Below, piece by piece: positions 1 to 9,461 of a stretch of DNA of 64,000 bases. The DNA is from a virus. The position numbers and the translations under genes were made by a program. Where the stretch lies: positions 4,750-68,749 of the IMG/VR virus record IMGVR_UViG_3300045963_000147; one strand, 5' to 3'. Numbering within the stretch: position 1 is the first letter of the stretch; each line of letters opens with the position of its first letter. The notes beneath the pieces were generated by a model, which did not search any database, was not told the DNA's origin, and worked only from the letters and a program-made list of their open reading frames with translations.

Positions 1-104
1 CAAGCGGCCCGTGAACTACCCGGATACTCGTCGTGCAGTCGTACAGGTCTTGATGGAGCGTGACCCAGTCCGGCCAGGAGCGGTATTCGATGGACACGCC
101 CATC

Positions 105-2243
105 TCACTTGCTGTAGTTGTGCGCGTGCCCGCCTTCAGCGGACAACGGCAGATTGGCGTACCAATCCTTGCCTGTCGTCATCACCTTCATCATCCGCTG
201 GAAGGCGAAGTCGGCTTCGGCCTTCTTGACGCGTAGCACGATTTCATCGTGGGTGGTCAACACCACGCGATACGTCTTGCTCAGTTCGAGGAGCTGATAC
301 ATGACGATGATGCGGGCGAGTGCCTGGACGATGTTCTCGCACAGCAGACCACCATAAATCTTCTTGCGGATCGGCGTGCCGTTGAGGGTTGACCCATAGG
401 TCCACTCCTCGTACCCATTCTGGCCCATGGCCTTCTTGAGGTCCGGGTAGTGCAGGCACATCCCGTTGGGCAACCAGATTTTGTTGGCTTCCCAACTGAT
501 CGGGCCATGGGCACCGGCGCGGCCCGCGGCCATGTCTTCGATGATGCCGTTGCAGATACCCCAGCCGGCCTCGATCTTGCGATTCTTGGCGCGGTAGATA
601 TTGACCCAGCGCTGAGCTTCGGGCCGCGTGATGAACACGGGCGGGCCACCCAGCGCACCCTTTGCCAGGGTCATCTGGAGTTTGTCCGGCCCCATCTGGA
701 AGCCCAGGCCGAGGGTCAGCACCTTGCCGACGAAGCGCTCGATGATGTCGGCCTTCGTAATCGTGCGGCCATACGCCAGGGTGGCCATGGTGCAGTACGG
801 GTCGCCCTTGGCGCGGAAGATGTCCAGGAGGTCGTCCTGGCCCCAGAGGAAGGCGTTGATCCGGCACTCGATCTGACCCGAGTCGCCGACGACCAGGACA
901 TGCCCGTCGCCGGCTTCGATAGATTGGCGCAGTTCGCCGGTTCCAGGTATTGGCTTTTTGTTCTCGTCGTACTTCGGGCGTCTGAGGTTTTGTAGGTTGC
1001 GCTTGTCGCCGCCACCCAGCCGGTGGGTGTGGGCGCGGCTGTAGGCGTAGTAGGCGGGCAGGCACCAGCCGTTGACTGAGGCTGTCAGCAGCCGCTCGGC
1101 CCGGGTGATGTTCGTTGTGGACTTGACGGCGAGGCGGGCGTCGACCAGGGCGCGCAGGCGTTCGGACTTCCTGGCTGCGGCCTTGACGCCACTGACCTTG
1201 CCCGTGTCGCACTTGGTCGTCCAGCGGTCCTGCACGTCAGGCAGGTTGTTGAACTCGATGTCGTCCTTGGCGTAGGCGTAGGACCACTTGTCTTCTTCGT
1301 TGGCTTCGCGTTCCTCCTTCGTCTTCTTCATCCAGGCCGGGCTGAGCTTGACGGGCGGGTCGACGCCTTCGTCGAGCAGCAGGCCGGTGAACTTCGGGTT
1401 GCTGCCGATGATGCGGCGGGCGATCAACAGGTCGCGCTCAGTGCCGGTCAGTGCGCGCTCGGCCTTCATCTTGAGGACAGTCTTGTCCTCGTAGTAGGCC
1501 GACGGGTCTTTGATGATCGAGATGAGCAGATCGTCGCGCTCTTTGATTTCGCGGGCCAGCTCGACCTCGACGCGCGGGATGTTCACCTTCAGGACCGGAT
1601 CGCAGAACATGCGCACGATGACGTCGATCAGGTCGACTTCTTGTTCCGGCAGCGCGTAGATCATCTCGGTGAAGACGCGCAGGGTCTCGTCGCCGTCGCG
1701 CAGGCAGTACGGTGTGACCTTGCCGAAAAGCGCGGGCGACCATTCGAGAACGCCTTTCGTGGTCTCCAGGACGTCGTGAATCTTGCCGGCGCCGCCGTAG
1801 TAGAGGGATACCTCGTCTAGGCCGGCGCCAATCTCGTTGCTGTGCAGGCCGCGAGCCATGGACAGAGTGTCGTAGTAGAAACTCGGTACCACACCATAGT
1901 GGTGAGAAAGAATGAGACCGTCGAACTGGGTGTGATGACAGAGCAGGGCATGGGTGCTCCAGTTGATCTTCTTCAGCTCGGCTGCGATCCTCTTGGGCGG
2001 CACGATCTTGGGCGCCTTGGTACCGACCTTGAGGTACATCATCTGAGCCTTGAACCGCGGGTCGCGGACATACTCAGATGTCGACAACTTGGACAGGGTG
2101 TACTGGTCGTCGTAGTATGTCTCGAAGTCGATCGTGACGAGGCGCTTCCAGTCCACGTCCTTGGACAAGAAGTGCGGGCGCTTGAATTCAGGGATGATGC
2201 GCTGGGTGACCTTGCGCAGAGCGGTTTGCCAAGCGTTGCTCAT
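105..2243 (-). CDS. Family A DNA polymerase with 3'-5' exonuclease domain
   Basis: 712 aa; ExoI IDFETYY, motif A GDSGQIECR, motif B RFVGKVLTLGLGFQMG, motif C TTHDEIV. Confidence 0.95.
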   Translation of the reverse strand: MSNAWQTALRKVTQRIIPEFKRPHFLSKDVDWKRLVTIDFETYYDDQYTLSKLSTSEYVRDPRFKAQMMYLKVGTKAPKIVPPKRIAAELKKINWSTHALLCHHTQFDGLILSHHYGVVPSFYYDTLSMARGLHSNEIGAGLDEVSLYYGGAGKIHDVLETTKGVLEWSPALFGKVTPYCLRDGDETLRVFTEMIYALPEQEVDLIDVIVRMFCDPVLKVNIPRVEVELAREIKERDDLLISIIKDPSAYYEDKTVLKMKAERALTGTERDLLIARRIIGSNPKFTGLLLDEGVDPPVKLSPAWMKKTKEEREANEEDKWSYAYAKDDIEFNNLPDVQDRWTTKCDTGKVSGVKAAARKSERLRALVDARLAVKSTTNITRAERLLTASVNGWCLPAYYAYSRAHTHRLGGGDKRNLQNLRRPKYDENKKPIPGTGELRQSIEAGDGHVLVVGDSGQIECRINAFLWGQDDLLDIFRAKGDPYCTMATLAYGRTITKADIIERFVGKVLTLGLGFQMGPDKLQMTLAKGALGGPPVFITRPEAQRWVNIYRAKNRKIEAGWGICNGIIEDMAAGRAGAHGPISWEANKIWLPNGMCLHYPDLKKAMGQNGYEEWTYGSTLNGTPIRKKIYGGLLCENIVQALARIIVMYQLLELSKTYRVVLTTHDEIVLRVKKAEADFAFQRMMKVMTTGKDWYANLPLSAEGGHAHNYSK

Positions 2244-2602
2244 TCTAAGTACACCAAAAAAGTGATGTTCTGACCAGGAGACAGCGTCAGTGGGTGTTGG
2301 AGATTCTCGGTCAGCAGGAGCAGACCATCCCTATAGAGCAGGATTTCTGTTCCTCTCCAACTGAAGATAGCGTTGCCTGTAAATTCCCACTCGCTGGGAG
2401 ATTTCCTGTGCGCTTTGACGGGCAAAATGTCTGCCAACGTCTTGTTGGAATTTGGCAGCTTTATATAGAACCCTCGTACTTGGCCGAGGAGTTTTGCAGT
2501 GACCGCGTGTACGGCCATCTCCTCCTTGGTGAGTTTCGCGAAGGGGTCTATATCGGGGTCGAAGACTTCGTTGAATACCCCCGGCGCGAAGACCGCCATC
2601 AC
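2240..2602 (-). CDS. Hypothetical protein (lower GC)
   Basis: 120-aa ORF overlapping both neighbours by 4 nt. Confidence 0.6.
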   Translation of the reverse strand: MMAVFAPGVFNEVFDPDIDPFAKLTKEEMAVHAVTAKLLGQVRGFYIKLPNSNKTLADILPVKAHRKSPSEWEFTGNAIFSWRGTEILLYRDGLLLLTENLQHPLTLSPGQNITFLVYLE

Positions 2603-2793
2603 GTACTCCGTTGAGGCGGGAGGACGTACGACCGCTCACCGGCGTGGGTGTGGCGGTAGCAGGCGCGCTGGGCGTCGACCGGGTCTTTGAAGCGCTCGAC
2701 GGAGGTCATGCCGCCGAGCTTGTCGAACACCACGGTCCAGAGCGTCTCGTGCCACAGGCGCACTGGGGCTTGTTGCTGGTGCCACGTGCTCAT
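2599..2793 (-). CDS. Hypothetical protein
   Basis: MSTWHQQQAP..., ATGA-coupled to the helicase stop. Confidence 0.6.
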   Translation of the reverse strand: MSTWHQQQAPVRLWHETLWTVVFDKLGGMTSVERFKDPVDAQRACYRHTHAGERSYVLPPQRST

Positions 2794-4190
2794 GCTGTCA
2801 CCTTGCCGCGCGTCTTCTTGGCCGGCGGTGGGGCGGTATTGACCGCGAACATCTCCAACAGGTTCTTCATGCGCCCGTCCTTGTTCATGCAGTTTTCGTA
2901 GACCCACTCGTCCTTCGTGCCCTCGGCGATGACGACGATCGTCTCAGTCTTCTCGGTCTGGCCGATACGCCGTTGACGCGACGAGGCCTGGACGAACTGG
3001 GATGCGATGTGCGTCGGCGAGGCCCAGATCGTCGAGGTGCCACGGGTCAGGGTCAGGCCGTGGCCCACGGTCTTGGGGTGAGCGAACAGCACGTCGTACT
3101 GGCCGCGCTGGTAGCGCTGCACGATGTCGAACCGGTCGTCGTCGCTGGTGTCGCCGTCGAACACGGCGTAGCTCAGGCTGCGCTTGTCGGCCTCGGCCAC
3201 CAGGAGGTCGCGCTGGTGCTTCCACAGGAATAGCACGAGCGGGTGCTTGCGCTGCTCGCAGAGGTCGAGGATCAGCTCATAGCGGCTGGTGTCCAGGACG
3301 ACGTACTTGTCGGGTGACGTGTAGACCGCACCAGAGGCCACCTGGAGCAGTTTGGTGGCCACGGCAGCGGCGTTGACGGCCGTGAGCCCGCCGAGCTTGT
3401 TCAGCTCCAGCACGCGGGTCGTCTCCAGCTCCATGTACGCCTTCTTCTGCGTCGAGGACATCTCGTACATCAGCGGGTACTGGTGGTTCTCGGGGATGTC
3501 GGCGCAGTCGTCCAGGCGGTGTCGGACGACGATGTCGGCGAGCAGGCCGAAGACCGCTTCCTCGGCGCCGTCCTTGTCGCGCCACTGGACCATCTTGCTG
3601 TCCTTGCCGACCTGGACCGGCGTAGCCACGGACTGCCGGAACGGGAAGTACAGCTTGCCCAGGCGCTGCCCGCCGTCGAGCAGCAGGGCCTGATGCCACA
3701 CGTCGACGATCGTGTTGTCGTTGGGCGTGGCCGTCATGCACGTGCGGTACTTGAAGTGCTTGATGATCTTCAAGAGCGCCCGGCTGCGCTTGCTGTTGTA
3801 GTGCTTGAAGAACTCGGACTCGTCGATGACGATTTCGTCGAACTTCTTGAAGAAGGCCGGCGACTTCTTGCCGAGCCAGTTCACGGCGTCGTGGTTGGTG
3901 ATGTAGACGTCGACGTCCTTGGCGAACGCAGCTTCACGGTTGGCCGCGGTGGCGACAGATGTGGTGATGGTCGGAGCGAACTTCTTGAAATCGCTCTCCC
4001 ACACCGAGCGCAGAGTCGAGCGCAGGCCCAGAACGAGCAGCCGGCCGGCTTTCTTGGCCTTGCGTTTGGCGAAGCGGAAGATGCGCACGCCGGTCTTGCC
4101 TGTGCCTGCATCGGAGCAGTCGAAGACGATGTCAGTCGTGTCGTTGTGCTTCAGGCTGACGAGCTGGTGAGCGTAGGGTTTGAAGGTCAT
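2790..4190 (-). CDS. SNF2/DEAD-like superfamily 2 helicase
   Basis: PYAHQ Q-motif, DAGTGKT Walker A, IVIDESE, MTATP, GHGLTL, QASSRQRRIGQ; start set at MTFKPY. Confidence 0.92.
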   Translation of the reverse strand: MTFKPYAHQLVSLKHNDTTDIVFDCSDAGTGKTGVRIFRFAKRKAKKAGRLLVLGLRSTLRSVWESDFKKFAPTITTSVATAANREAAFAKDVDVYITNHDAVNWLGKKSPAFFKKFDEIVIDESEFFKHYNSKRSRALLKIIKHFKYRTCMTATPNDNTIVDVWHQALLLDGGQRLGKLYFPFRQSVATPVQVGKDSKMVQWRDKDGAEEAVFGLLADIVVRHRLDDCADIPENHQYPLMYEMSSTQKKAYMELETTRVLELNKLGGLTAVNAAAVATKLLQVASGAVYTSPDKYVVLDTSRYELILDLCEQRKHPLVLFLWKHQRDLLVAEADKRSLSYAVFDGDTSDDDRFDIVQRYQRGQYDVLFAHPKTVGHGLTLTRGTSTIWASPTHIASQFVQASSRQRRIGQTEKTETIVVIAEGTKDEWVYENCMNKDGRMKNLLEMFAVNTAPPPAKKTRGKVTA

Positions 4191-4447
4191 TGGGTTAGTT
4201 TCTCCGTGACCATGAGAACGGTGTATGCGTCGATGAGCTGACGGCACATCGACACGATGCTGCGGGTGTTGTGGACAGTGCCGGTGGCTTGTTCAAGCCA
4301 GCGCACTTGGGACTCTTCGACCTGGATGTGGTTCTCTAGGTTTGCTTGAATCTGTTTGGCGTATCCGCTGGCGTAGGCGATGAACTGGCTGTCGTAGGGG
4401 ACCGGGACGAAGTTCTTCGACATGGCCAACTTGGACACTCCGCTCAT
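4187..4447 (-). CDS. Hypothetical protein
   Basis: MSGVSKLAMSK..., coupled to both neighbours. Confidence 0.6.
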   Translation of the reverse strand: MSGVSKLAMSKNFVPVPYDSQFIAYASGYAKQIQANLENHIQVEESQVRWLEQATGTVHNTRSIVSMCRQLIDAYTVLMVTEKLTQ

Positions 4448-5169
4448 CTCTGAACCCCGTCCTTGCACTGACCGCCGTTCCAGGGGCCGTACTGGCACCA
4501 CTTGCAGGAGTGGATGTTTGGGTTGGGCGACCAGTCCTCGTTGCTGGTCAGCGCGTGGCCGCGCCGGTCCCAGTTCGCCTTGAAGCGCAGAATCTGGCTG
4601 CGCGTGAAGGTGGCCGGCGTGATCTGGTCCTGGTCGAGGTACCACAGCTCGGTCGTCACTTCCTCCAGCTCGGGGTAGCGCAGCACGGCGTTGAGCGCGT
4701 AGAGCTGAGTCTGCTCGGCGTGCTTGATTTCGTTGCCGAACTTCTTGCCCGTCTTGTAGTCAATGACGATGGCGCTGTACTCGTTGGGGAACACGATGGC
4801 GTCGACCTTGCTGCGGTGCCAGCCGGTGCGCCACTCGGTTGGCGACCACTCCTCGTCCATCGCCCACTCGCCTTCGAGGCTCACCTTGCCCAGGCTGAAC
4901 AGGTGGCGAAGCTGATCGAACTCGGGTGCGAAGGCGCGCATCTCGCCGATCTGCTTGGTGACCTTCCCGTTCACGAATTCTTCGGCGTGGGTGTGGACCC
5001 GGGTACCGCGGTCGTTGGCGTGTTCCAGCTTGCCTGGAGGCAACGGACGGTCAGGCTCAGGGACACGGTCGAGGTGCTTGAGCTTGGCCAGGAAGCGGCA
5101 GCGCTCGAAGTCGCTGAGCTTGCTGTGGCTCCAGCTCGTGACACGAACGGGGAAGGGCTTGGTTGCCAT
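4444..5169 (-). CDS. PD-(D/E)XK (Cas4/RecB-like) exonuclease
   Basis: WSHSKL..FERC, RGTRVH, KVDAIV...IDYKTGK, QTQLYA, C-terminal CKWC...C. Confidence 0.9.
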   Translation of the reverse strand: MATKPFPVRVTSWSHSKLSDFERCRFLAKLKHLDRVPEPDRPLPPGKLEHANDRGTRVHTHAEEFVNGKVTKQIGEMRAFAPEFDQLRHLFSLGKVSLEGEWAMDEEWSPTEWRTGWHRSKVDAIVFPNEYSAIVIDYKTGKKFGNEIKHAEQTQLYALNAVLRYPELEEVTTELWYLDQDQITPATFTRSQILRFKANWDRRGHALTSNEDWSPNPNIHSCKWCQYGPWNGGQCKDGVQR

Positions 5170-5207
5170 CGGGAGAGCCTTGAGGGTTGGTAGATCGAAG
5201 AAAGAGC

Positions 5208-5485
5208 TTAGACTAAAACGCCGTCCTCGTCGAACTCATCGTCGGCCAAGCGCTCATCGACGTATTCGTCGGAGTGGAGATAGTCGTTCTCGGCTTCGAG
5301 CTGCTCATAAATCCAGTCGGCGAAGCGACACAGGAGGGCCTGGAGGTCGTTCTCCAGGTCTGCGTCGTAGTAGGCCCTGCTGCCGTCACCCTCGAACTCG
5401 ATGCTGACGCTCATCGTCCCTGAGTGGCTGTAGTGCCCAGAGGTTGTGATTTCAGCGCCGACGTGCGCTCAACGATTCGTGGCAT
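5208..5485 (-). pseudogene. Internally deleted/frameshifted conserved phage protein
   Basis: N-terminus MPRIVERT (ATG 5485) is out of frame with ...GHYSHSGTMSVSIE...WIYEQLEAENDYLHSDEYVDE...EFDEDG (stop 5208). Confidence 0.5.
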
Positions 5486-5658
5486 TCGAAGGTCTCCAGG
5501 TAAGTGCGCAGCTCGATGGTGCGGGTCTGCACCAGCTCTTCGGCCTGCTGGATCGCTGCCGCGCCGCCATTGCGGCTGTTGGCGATGAGGCGCTGACAGC
5601 GCGCGGTGGCGAGCATGCTGGCGAGGCGCATGACCTCGGTGATCTGGGTGGGGGTCAA
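5452..5658 (-). CDS. Hypothetical protein
   Basis: TTGA-coupled to the VWA gene stop; MTPTQITEVMRLASML... Confidence 0.5.
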   Translation of the reverse strand: MTPTQITEVMRLASMLATARCQRLIANSRNGGAAAIQQAEELVQTRTIELRTYLETFECHESLSARRR

Positions 5659-6776
5659 AGTTCGATCCTGATGGTTTCGCCAAAGGGCGCGATGATGTCT
5701 GTCGTCATCACCCACATGACGGGATAGGGAGGAGGTTCTTTCGGGAACGTGCCCTCACCGTCGGTGAGGTAGATCATGCAGGCCGGCTTCAAATCCTTGT
5801 CCCGCACGTACTTGAACGGCGGGCGGAAGTCTGTGCCGCCGCCGCCGCACATCTTGTAGGTCGGCTCGTCGAACTCGCCGAACTCGTCGACGCGGTTGAC
5901 TCGCGCGTCGCAGTAGATGTTGATCATGCGCTGCGGCCGGCACTGGTTCTTGATGGCCGTCAGCTCAGCGCCGAACACGTTGAGGGTGTGCTGGTCGATC
6001 GAGCCGCTGGTGTCGATGTCGTTGACGATCAGGCCCATCGCCTCGCTGTAGAGGCTGGGCATGATGATGCCGAAGGCCAGCATGCGGCGGTTCGGCCGCG
6101 ACCAGGAGTAGTCGTTCTTGGTGTGCTCGGTGGCGAAGCGGCGCAGGCGCTCCTGCCAGGACACTTTGTTCGTCTGGAGCTGCTCGACAAAGCGCTCCAT
6201 GGACTTTGGCAACGTGCCCTGCTTTTTGCACTCGTTGGCTGCGCTGCTGACCGCCATCTCCCAGTCGATCTTGTTCTTTTCCATGGCGTCGGCGTCACCC
6301 TCACCGGCGCGCATCTCGTCGAGCGCACCCCATCCGCCTTCACCATCAGGGCCTTTGCCGTCAGGATCGCCGTCAGGTAGCAGGGTGTAGACGTGGTCTG
6401 CACTCATGCCGTTGTAGGCTGAGTTGAAGAGCCACGTCTTGCCGATCGACAGGTTGTCGCGCTTGAGGTTTGCGTTGATCACGTAGTCGCAGGCCGCGTT
6501 CCATTTCTTCGGAATTCGGCTCTCGGTGCGGTTCATGTGATCCAGCATGCAGTGCTGGACCTCGTGCGCCCACAGAGACGGGACGAGTTCTTCGTCGAGC
6601 TTGTTGATGAAGTCGGGGTTGTAGTAGAGCGTGGTGTTGCTGACGCAGGCCGTCGGGATTGACCTGTCCTGCTGCTTCACAAGACGCAGGCTCAGGATGC
6701 CGTAGAACGGGTGCTCGATGTACAGAGCGATCCGGCCGCGGGTGAGTTTGTCTTCAGCTTCTTGGTCGTGGTTCAT
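5655..6776 (-). CDS. Metallopeptidase + VWA-like domain protein (DUF2201-like)
   Basis: WAHEVQHC zincin motif, WNAACDYVIN, YSWSRPNRR, DTSGS MIDAS, GGGGTDF, YLTDGEG. Confidence 0.9.
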   Translation of the reverse strand: MNHDQEAEDKLTRGRIALYIEHPFYGILSLRLVKQQDRSIPTACVSNTTLYYNPDFINKLDEELVPSLWAHEVQHCMLDHMNRTESRIPKKWNAACDYVINANLKRDNLSIGKTWLFNSAYNGMSADHVYTLLPDGDPDGKGPDGEGGWGALDEMRAGEGDADAMEKNKIDWEMAVSSAANECKKQGTLPKSMERFVEQLQTNKVSWQERLRRFATEHTKNDYSWSRPNRRMLAFGIIMPSLYSEAMGLIVNDIDTSGSIDQHTLNVFGAELTAIKNQCRPQRMINIYCDARVNRVDEFGEFDEPTYKMCGGGGTDFRPPFKYVRDKDLKPACMIYLTDGEGTFPKEPPPYPVMWVMTTDIIAPFGETIRIEL

Positions 6777-6973
6777 CGTGTGAGCTTCAAAGTGACGACC
6801 TTGGCGCGCAGTTCTTGCCAAGTCGGGATGTCGATCTTCTGCACAACGCGCCACCACCACTCCCGCCACTCGGGATCTTTCTGGAGGTACATGTAGTGCA
6901 GGTTCTTCCAGGCCTTGTTGTTGTGGCTGAGTTCGAACAGTGCCTGGGCGATCAGGGCCTCGTCTTCAGACAT
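6773..6973 (-). CDS. Hypothetical protein
   Basis: MSEDEALIAQ... overlapping both neighbours; ends TLKLTR like 7806..8087. Confidence 0.55.
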   Translation of the reverse strand: MSEDEALIAQALFELSHNNKAWKNLHYMYLQKDPEWREWWWRVVQKIDIPTWQELRAKVVTLKLTR

Positions 6974-7799
6974 ACCCCGCCATCTTGGCAACGATGGCGT
7001 CGGCGGCGTCGGCCGTGCGCTGGCGCGTGGTCGGGCTGGTGCGCAGCGCGTCGGGGTGGGGCAGCATGGCGTCCAGGTCTGCGGCCAGTTCAGTGATGAA
7101 CGGGTCGTTCGTCAGGTTCAGGCCGGGCAGGCAGGCGATGAGATTCTTCGCGTTGTTCACGAGGCTGTCGAAGATGCGCGGGTCTTCCTTGTTCAGCGTC
7201 TCGCTGATGTGCTTGACCTGATCGTGAATGCGGCTGTACACGTCCTTCATCGCGAGTTCGAACTTGCGGTCGTTCTCGGCGGTGAGTTCGGCGCGGATGA
7301 TGGCCGCTGCCTCGTTGCCGACGTCGACCCGGAAGTCCTTGGCGTCGGGGATGGGCTTCATGAACATCTTGATGGCGAACTTGTCGCCGATGACCGACGG
7401 GTCCGGGAAGTCCTTGGGGTCGTACATCGAGCCCAGCCGGCCGCGCGCACCGTTCACCAAGCTGGGGTAGAGGGCGATGAACTCACGGCGCAGTTGTTCG
7501 TCGGCCAGCTTCAGCTTGCTGTGCGTCTGGGTGTACTCGGGGAACAGGGCCGAGGGCAGCAGGCGGTCGCCGTCGTCTTCCCATGGCAGAGCGAGTCGGT
7601 AGTGGTTGGCGCGCATGGCGCTCTCGGACTTCTTCAGCGCAGCCAAGTGAGCCTTGTCGACCAGGGTCTTGCGGAAGTCGCCGGCGTCGTCGGTGGCCCC
7701 ATGGGCGCGCGTCACTTCACGGGTGACCTTCTTGTCGGTCTTCTTCGCTGCCCACCGGGAGATGGACAGGTTGACGAGCATGGCTTTGTTCTGGAGCAT
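6966..7799 (-). CDS. DUF3150-like protein of the MoxR/VWA cluster
   Basis: MLVNLSISRW...K.D, LPWEDDGDRLLP, RLGSMYDPKDFP, LPGLNLTND motifs; position between the AAA and VWA genes. Confidence 0.7.
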   Translation of the reverse strand: MLQNKAMLVNLSISRWAAKKTDKKVTREVTRAHGATDDAGDFRKTLVDKAHLAALKKSESAMRANHYRLALPWEDDGDRLLPSALFPEYTQTHSKLKLADEQLRREFIALYPSLVNGARGRLGSMYDPKDFPDPSVIGDKFAIKMFMKPIPDAKDFRVDVGNEAAAIIRAELTAENDRKFELAMKDVYSRIHDQVKHISETLNKEDPRIFDSLVNNAKNLIACLPGLNLTNDPFITELAADLDAMLPHPDALRTSPTTRQRTADAADAIVAKMAGYV

Positions 7800-7805
7800 G
7801 AGGGT

Positions 7806-8087
7806 TCACCTTGTGAGCTTTGCCGTTGTGATGGCGACGATGAATACGCGCATGGCTTTGAGGGCCATCTTGTCGCCCTTGAGGGCGGCGGTGTGCGTGT
7901 CGTAGAGCGAGCCGTTGATCTGGTTGAACGGAGAGACTTTGTTGAACCAGAGGTCCACAAAAGTCTGTTGAGCCACGTTCACCGCCATCGCGTACTCAAT
8001 GAACGAGTTGAACGGCTTCTTCCAAAGCCAGTCAGGCGGCTCGTACGCCTTTACACACCAAGCATCTTCTGGTTCTTCAGACACCAT
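7806..8087 (-). CDS. Hypothetical protein
   Basis: 93-aa ORF inside the operon. Confidence 0.55.
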   Translation of the reverse strand: MVSEEPEDAWCVKAYEPPDWLWKKPFNSFIEYAMAVNVAQQTFVDLWFNKVSPFNQINGSLYDTHTAALKGDKMALKAMRVFIVAITTAKLTR

Positions 8088-9049
8088 GCGACGTACTCCT
8101 TGATGCCGGTGATGTTCGCGTCCTTGATGACGACGTGGCGGTTGAACACCATCTGAATCTCGTCAGGCAGGCGCGACACGTACAGCATCATTCGCGTGTA
8201 GTTGCTGGCCTTCGTCTTGTCGACCAGTGTCGTGATGACGGCGTGCATCACCGGCTGCGAACCGGGCAGCTTGGCCTCCTTCGGGTTCAGCAGGATGCTG
8301 TCGATGTCGGGCATGTCCTTCAGGTCTTTGATGAACCCGTAGAACTCGACGCCAGCGCCCTCGCCGATCGTGCCCTTGATCAGCTCGATCTTCGTGGCCA
8401 GCTTGTACTTGTCGTTCTTGAAGAGCTTGTCCACGGTGTACCAAGCGCGCGGTGAGGGGAAGGCCCGCGGATTGACGGCAGGGTCGAACACGTGCAGCGC
8501 TGCGGTCTTCGTGCGCAGGTAGGCGCGGATGTACGGGTGGATGTCATCGGCGCTGGCGCGGCGCTGGAAGTCCTCGGCGTCCAGCTCGTAGTCGATGTGC
8601 AGCAGCCGGTTGTTCAGCGGCGCCGGCATGGTGTGGATCACGCCGCGGTCACCGACCGTGTTGCCGGCAGCGACAAGGCCGCAGTTGTCGGGCAGCTCGT
8701 AGTTGCCGATGCGGCGGTCCAGGATGAGCTGGTAGGCCGTGGCCAGGACGCTGGGGTGGGCAGCGTTCATCTCGTCGAGGAACAGGATCGACGGCTTGGC
8801 GTTCGGCTTGGGCAGGAAGTCCGGCGGGTACCAGCACATCTGCTTGGTCTTCGCGTCGGGCATCGGGAAGCCGCGGAAGTCGACCTCGCTGAGCTGGCTC
8901 ATGCGGACGTCGATGAACGACCTTGCCATGGACTCGGTGGTCTGCTTCACGACCGACGACTTGCCGATGCCGGACTTGCCGTGGATGAAGACGGAGATGC
9001 CGTCGTTGATGAGTTCGGGCAGGGCAATGGCGACTTCAGAGGGTTTCAT
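8051..9049 (-). CDS. MoxR-type AAA+ ATPase
   Basis: GKSGIGKS Walker A, LFLDEMN Walker B, AAGN, PLNNR, FPSPRAW. Confidence 0.92.
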   Translation of the reverse strand: MKPSEVAIALPELINDGISVFIHGKSGIGKSSVVKQTTESMARSFIDVRMSQLSEVDFRGFPMPDAKTKQMCWYPPDFLPKPNAKPSILFLDEMNAAHPSVLATAYQLILDRRIGNYELPDNCGLVAAGNTVGDRGVIHTMPAPLNNRLLHIDYELDAEDFQRRASADDIHPYIRAYLRTKTAALHVFDPAVNPRAFPSPRAWYTVDKLFKNDKYKLATKIELIKGTIGEGAGVEFYGFIKDLKDMPDIDSILLNPKEAKLPGSQPVMHAVITTLVDKTKASNYTRMMLYVSRLPDEIQMVFNRHVVIKDANITGIKEYVAWCLKNQKMLGV

Positions 9050-9059
9050 CGAGTGGTGC

Positions 9060-9200
9060 TCAGTTGAAGGATTCGGGGAAGGCGTAGCCGATCGTGAAGA
9101 ACATGAGGGTCACGATCAGGCCGGCCAGGAGGAAGTCGAGGACGTACTGGCGGTAGCGAGCGCGTCGCGAACGGGTGCGGTTGAGGAAGATTGGGCGCAT
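9060..9200 (-). CDS. Small single-TM membrane protein
   Basis: MRPIFLNRTRSRRARYRQYVLDFLLAGLIVTLMFFTIGYAFPESFN (46 aa, read by hand; absent from ORF track). Confidence 0.55.
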   Translation of the reverse strand: MRPIFLNRTRSRRARYRQYVLDFLLAGLIVTLMFFTIGYAFPESFN

Positions 9201-9257
9201 AGATCGAAGATAGATCGTAGAGGTTGAGACGCAGAGATGGCCAATAGGAATTGGCTA

Positions 9258-9461
9258 TCAGGTGATCGTCGGCGTGCGAATCGTTTTGGCGCACCATTCG
9301 ACGGTGGAGTTCCAAGTTTGGTCGAAGGCTTCGTCGCACACCCTCGCGCACCGCTCGCGCTCTTCAGCGACCCGCGCGTCACCGTACGCTTGGATGGCTT
9401 CGAGTTCGAGCTTCGTCCAGGTGTAGGTGTGTGGCTCGGGGTGGCCTGGAAGCGGGATCAC
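9258..9461 (-). CDS. Hypothetical protein (MIPLP...EERERC family)
   Basis: Paralogous to 9458..9730. Confidence 0.65.
   Translation of the reverse strand: MIPLPGHPEPHTYTWTKLELEAIQAYGDARVAEERERCARVCDEAFDQTWNSTVEWCAKTIRTPTIT

Noticed and set aside
1-103. Direct circular join of the window ends (ORF starting at 103 would end LD-stop across the junction)
   Set aside because: Could be coincidence; no terminal overlap is visible and the round 64000 length suggests an arbitrary cut.
4444-5169. cas4 of a CRISPR system
   Set aside because: Stand-alone phage PD-(D/E)XK nuclease in a replication operon.
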